From the human T2T-CHM13v2.0 reference genome, Homo sapiens: a stretch of 64,000 nt of DNA. Shown here one piece after another: positions 58,526 to 64,000 of the stretch; the stretch's first letter is position 1, and the number at the start of each line of letters is the position of its first letter. The stretch is from the NCBI RefSeq assembly GCF_009914755.1, contig NC_060946.1; one strand, given 5' to 3'. The notes below the pieces were generated by a model that worked only from the letters and a program-made list of their open reading frames with translations, had not been told where the DNA came from and searched no databases. A program made the position numbers and the translations under genes.

Positions 58526-59367
58526 CTAGATGAAGGGACACGTACCTGGGTGCCTCACCTTCCTGAGGTTTGACTTAGGAAATAGACATCATCCTTTCCT
58601 GTCCCCAGGCTGTCCTAGGATAGGAAAAGTGGGTGACCTGGATATGGGGGATGCAGGGTGGGAGAGAGTGAGGGTCCACCAGCTGGTTTTGAAATCTCCA
58701 GGCTCTCTGGCTGAGTGGTAACAGCAGTGCCAAGGATGGAGTCTCAAATAAATACCAAAACAACAAATACTCGTACAGAATCCCTCCCATAGGGCAGGCG
58801 TCAAAGTGCTTGCTTTCTCAGCCAGGAGCCTGTGATCTTCCAGGACCTCGGTGGGGCAGGTGGTTATTTTGAGATGTCTTTTATTAGCAGTACTTTTATT
58901 AATTATAGCTAGTAACTAACATTTATCGAATGCCAATGTGGGAAGCATTTTGCATATATTATCTCATTGAATCCTCATGACTACTCCATGGGAGAGACAC
59001 CTTTGTCTGCATTTTACAGATGGGGAAACTGAGGCTCAAAAATTAAGTAGCTTGACCATGACATGATTCAAGCTAGAAATGCTCTTAGGCTTCCTTCTTC
59101 ATCCCTGTAGTTTCCGACCTACTTTGACCTTGGTATAGAGTGACACATGTCCCAGCTCAAATATCACCATCCCATCGCATTAGTCCTTTTTTATTTACTT
59201 CATAGTCCTTGGCACTCTCTGAAATGATCTTATTTATGCACTTATTTTTGTCAGTCTCCCCCTACTAGAATGCAAACTCTAGAGGGCAGGGGAGCCTCTC
59301 TCTTGTTCACTGTTCTCCTGGCAGCCACAGTGTTCCTGGCACACAGTAGGTGCTCATAAATAAGCTC

Positions 59368-59610
59368 TGGGTGGATGGATGGAGGGATGGATGGACAGAT
59401 GGAGGGAGGGATAGAGGGACGGATGGATGGGGGGTAGATGGATGGATGGATGGATGAGGAATGGGTGGATGGAGGGATGAGGAATGGATGGATAGAGGGA
59501 TGGATAAAGGGAGAGAAAGATGAATGGATGGATGGGTGGGTGGGTGGATGGATGGATGGATGGATGGATGGATGGATGGATGGGTGGGTGGTTGGGTGGG
59601 TGGATGGGAT
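59368..59610. repeat. Degenerate (GGAT)n tract
   Basis: Direct. Confidence 0.95.
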
Positions 59611-60524
59611 AGCTCACGAGTCCTTCTTAGGGGTCAACAAGTTCTGACTTACTTTATATAATTCACATGACAGTCTGGGAGGATTCTAATTTTATAGATG
59701 GGGAAATGGAGGCTGGGAAGGTGAGGTGTCAGGGTCATGTGGAAAACAAGAGGCAGAGCCAGGACTTGGCCTCTGGCCTCAGGAACCTGCTACATGAATG
59801 TGGAGAGGCTACTCCTGAGAGGGCTAGTGTCCCAGCTCAGGCAGAAGCATGAACCCTCTACAGCTTCAACCTGTCATTTCATCCAGCACTGGCATTCCCT
59901 GTTTGGGGGCACTGAGTTTCTCTGTCCTGGGATAAAGGATGCATGAGCCTGTCCATCACCACCTGCTCATGGAGAGATTGTCAAGAGGGGAAGCTGGTCC
60001 TCTCTGTTTTCCAGCCTGCCCTGACCCCTTCATCCTCACTCTGGAAATTATGGGCTCTCAGGCTGCTCATCGGTAAATAGCCCGTTGGTCACCTTCACAC
60101 TAGACGGGATTTGGTGCAGCTGGTGTGACGGGGACCCAGGGACACCAATGAGGGACTCTCCGGTGACGGAAAGTCAGACATTTTGGAGCCAGACTTTGGG
60201 AGGTACTTTGGAGCTGTGGGGTTTTTGAAAGCCTCTTAAATCAGCCCCTCTGCCCACCCTGCAATCTGTTCTCAAGCAGCCAGGACATCACAGTAGCCAC
60301 ATGCGCTGGCCTTCGGCAGAGAACACGGAATTCTAATTTTATCCCCTCAGAACCTTCAATAGGGGACTTTGTAGATAAATTGAGGGCAGGAGCCACCCCT
60401 TCCGTGCCTTTCCTATCTGCCTCAGGGCTGAGCTCTTAGGAGCCAGCCAATTAACGAACAGGTCTCCTAGCCAAACCCTTCCTCTAAAATGCCCAGGTCT
60501 CTCCTTAAAGAAAAACAAATGACT

Positions 60525-60861
<337 letters not shown>

Positions 60862-63800
60862 CTAGGTCAGCTGAATTGGTGGTAGGTAGGATCCCAGGAT
60901 GGGGAATGTAGCTTTGAATGGTCGGGTTCTAGTCTTGGCTTTGCCATCTGCTGCTGTCCCTGGACAAGATGCCTCATCCTCCCTGGTCTTGCTTTTCTTA
61001 TGAGTGAGTGTTGGGTCTAGAAGACGCCTTTCCAGCTGTCACACGGTGTTTGGAGCAAGCAAGCTGGGGGTAACTCCCAGCTCCCATTTCTTGTTCCTGT
61101 GACCTTCGACTAGATGCTTCACCTCACCTGTCAAATGGAGCTCATGATAGTGCCCACTTCCTTAAGTTGTTCAGAGGAGCCAGCACTAAAGCTCTCGGTC
61201 ACAGGCCTGATGCATAGCAAGCTCTCGGTATCTGGTGGTGTTGCAACCAAGGTGTTTCTGTACTTCAAGCCACTTTAAAACCAAGCCTATAAACGCCTAG
61301 TTGCTGCCCGGCAGAAGCAGGAGGCTCTAAATGGTATTGTAACTGGTATTTGTTAGCATCATCGTTGTTCTTGTTGCCATTGTTTGTCTCCATGATCCCA
61401 GCATTTCCTGCCTCCGCCCTGGCACCTACCTACAATCATCCAGCAACCCTGGACCTACATCTGAATCTTGTTCCATCACTATCTGGCTAGGTGGCCATCA
61501 GTCACTACTTTAGCTCTCTGAGGCTCAGCTTTCTCATTTGTAAAGTGGGTATAATAATGCCTGTTTGGATGGCTATTAGAAAGACCAGATGGGGTAGTAC
61601 GCCTGGCACACAGTAACTGGTTTATAAGTGTTAGTTCCGCCTCTCGTGTGGATCTCCCCAGCACAACAGACACAGGTTGGAGCTTTGACATAACATTAAC
61701 TACGAAAGTCCTGAAACCAAGCAAGACAAGGAAGATATAAACAGAGGGCACGGAAAGCCTAAAGAGCAGCCAGCTGACCTGGTACAAGTTTCCGACCCAT
61801 CTATCCCATCAGAGCTAGCATCCCACCTCCGGCACATCCATCCGTGGCAACTTAGTTCCTGATCCTCAGTTTCCTCATCTATAAAATGGGGATACTGGGA
61901 CTATCTCCTTATAGGGTTATGGTAAGGGCTCCATAAGATAATGGAGAAGGAGTGCCCAGCACAGTGCCTGGCACACAGTGGGAATGCGACTAAATCAACT
62001 CTTAATGTTGACAGGTAGAAGAGACAGTCTTCCTTTGGAGGTATCCAGAATGGTCATTCTCTTCTAAGACATGAAAGGACAGCAGTACTTTTGCAGTCTA
62101 AATCCTCGCCCAAGACCCTCTGGGGCCAGCTTGCAGATGTCATCATTGTCCAACCAGAAAGCGACAAAGGAGGTAGATGGTAGGGATGGGGGTGGGAAGG
62201 AGGCAGCAGAGGGAGGATCAGAGGACTAGAGGATTCTGTTCTTTTCTTTCCCTTAGGAAACTGAAATTAGCCTAATTAGGTCTGTCCCAGTCCAAGGCCG
62301 CGGGGATTGGACAAATTTAGAAGCTATTGACAGGTGAGAGCAACACACGCTGATGGCCCAAAGCGAAACTGAGCTGGCCATTGAGTCAGCGGCTGGAAGG
62401 CTCTTTCCCTCCCTCTGTCGTGATGACCGGGATGAAGGAGCCGGCCTCCTGGTTTATCACCTCACCTCTAAATAGCTCCCGGGCTCGGTTTCTTATAAAT
62501 TGGTATCTCAAACAGGGATCACCTTCCCATCCCGGAGAACTGGGAGGCAGAGTCACTCCGGGTCAAGCCAGACAGCCACAAGGAGGCCGCGTCAACAGTT
62601 CTGGGGCTCACTCTGTACCAGGCACCGCACGGTGTGTTATTCCATTTCATCCTCGTCAGCTCTCTTATCTTCATTTTGTTTACAGAGAAACTGAGGCTGA
62701 GTGTCACTGTGTCACTCAGCTAGGAAGATTCTAACAGGCGTGGCTGGGGCCAGGGTGCGTCTCTTCCTCAAAGGTTGGAGTTAAATGGTCCTGGTTCTGA
62801 CTCAAGCTGCAACCCCCAGAGGCAGAAGGAGAGGGATGCATGGAGGGGAATGTCTTTTTCCACCAAGCAGCTGCTCCCTTTCACAAGAGGCCAGTTATGT
62901 AAGGAAGGCTGCTTCCTCTCCCCTTGCTAAATCTTTTCTAGTGCAGCATAAGGCCAGAGCTAGGGAAAGTCCACACGGGAATAAAAAGAGCAGATTGCTA
63001 AGCACAGAAGCCATTTATAACTAAAACGTCTCAGCTCAGCTTAGGGGAGGGAGTGGTGGAGTCAGGAGACCCGGGTCCCGTTGGGCCAAGGACTTCTATG
63101 TGACTTTGGCACTTACTGTCTACAGGGCCTCAGTTTTCAAGTCTCTCAGTGGGCATCACAGTGTCCCCTAAACCTCATTGAGCTGGTACCAGGGTGCAAT
63201 GAGATGGGACAAAGCATCGTGCACCTTAGGGCTCTGCCCTCAAAACCCTGGGCTAGCCTTGATCTGAGCATCCTGTCCTACTTAGAAATCAAATCCCCAT
63301 AGAGGCCGGAGGGCTAGAATTACAGGGAGAACGGCAAATTCTCCTTCTATCTCTCTCACTTTTCTCCTGCTTTAGACTCAATTTCCTTTCTGTTGAGGAT
63401 TGAGATTCCACCACTTTTAAAAGGTTTTGGGTGGCTTACGAGCAAAACATTCCCATAAAATAAGAGGAAAGGAATCATTTCTAGAACATTCTCTTCATTC
63501 GAGCAACAGCCCTGTAAGGTGTGTATTTTTCTCCCCACTTTCCAGGTGTGGGAATGGATGTCCTGAGAGAGGAAAAGATACAGCCATTCCCACGGCTGAT
63601 CCCCAGCATTTGGCTTTCTAATTTCTGCCTGACTCAGGTGCTCCACCACAGCCCAAGGCCTTACGCTACCACTCCGCCTCTCACGCCTCTCACGGTAAAT
63701 AGGCTACTTAAGGATAAAAGGGAACAGATTTTGCCAGAGGGAAGCAGAAAAGGCAAATTCCTTCAGGCATGCGAGTGAGTGGCAAGGGGTGGGGGGGTTG

Positions 63801-64000
63801 CAAGGTTAGGCAATAATGATGACTACATGTTTCAGCAACAGAAGCAAAATGCAAACCCCAAACTCTTGAGTTGAGACACACTTAAAGCAGAGGGCAGTGG
63901 ATCCATCGCCGGGAATGGGTTTCAGGAAGAATGTAACTAGGACTGCGTGCAGGCACGTGTGCACACGGGGCATGCGGATCTTCTCTGCAGCAAGATATTA

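Overview
Human (or great-ape) genomic DNA. It matches the chr22q12.3 CACNG2-IFT27-PVALB region, recognised from the encoded proteins. The window holds the complete minus-strand IFT27 (RABL4/BBS19) gene: 7 coding exons of 34+80+60+60+118+110+99 = 561 nt (186 aa plus stop), a CpG-island promoter at ~31.6-32.6 kb and a poly(A) signal at 14160. It also holds the last exon and poly(A) signal of minus-strand PVALB (56.57-56.79 kb). The rest is intronic or intergenic sequence rich in Alu, MIR, L1/L2, MaLR/ERV LTRs, DNA-transposon fossils and microsatellites; almost all ORFs in the supplied track are spurious. I found no new multi-gene system. The most notable observations are: (1) a near-perfect 164-bp inverted duplication at 447-610/1252-1415 that looks like a templated insertion; (2) a tandem NAGNAG acceptor that toggles the first P-loop glycine of IFT27; (3) a GC-AG intron; (4) an RFX X-box-like motif centred on the IFT27 start codon; (5) candidate spliced antisense and divergent lncRNA exons; (6) a recursive-splice-like cryptic exon; (7) a possible fossil R4/Dong LINE in intron 6. 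Repeat subfamily names and repeat boundaries are by eye and approximate.
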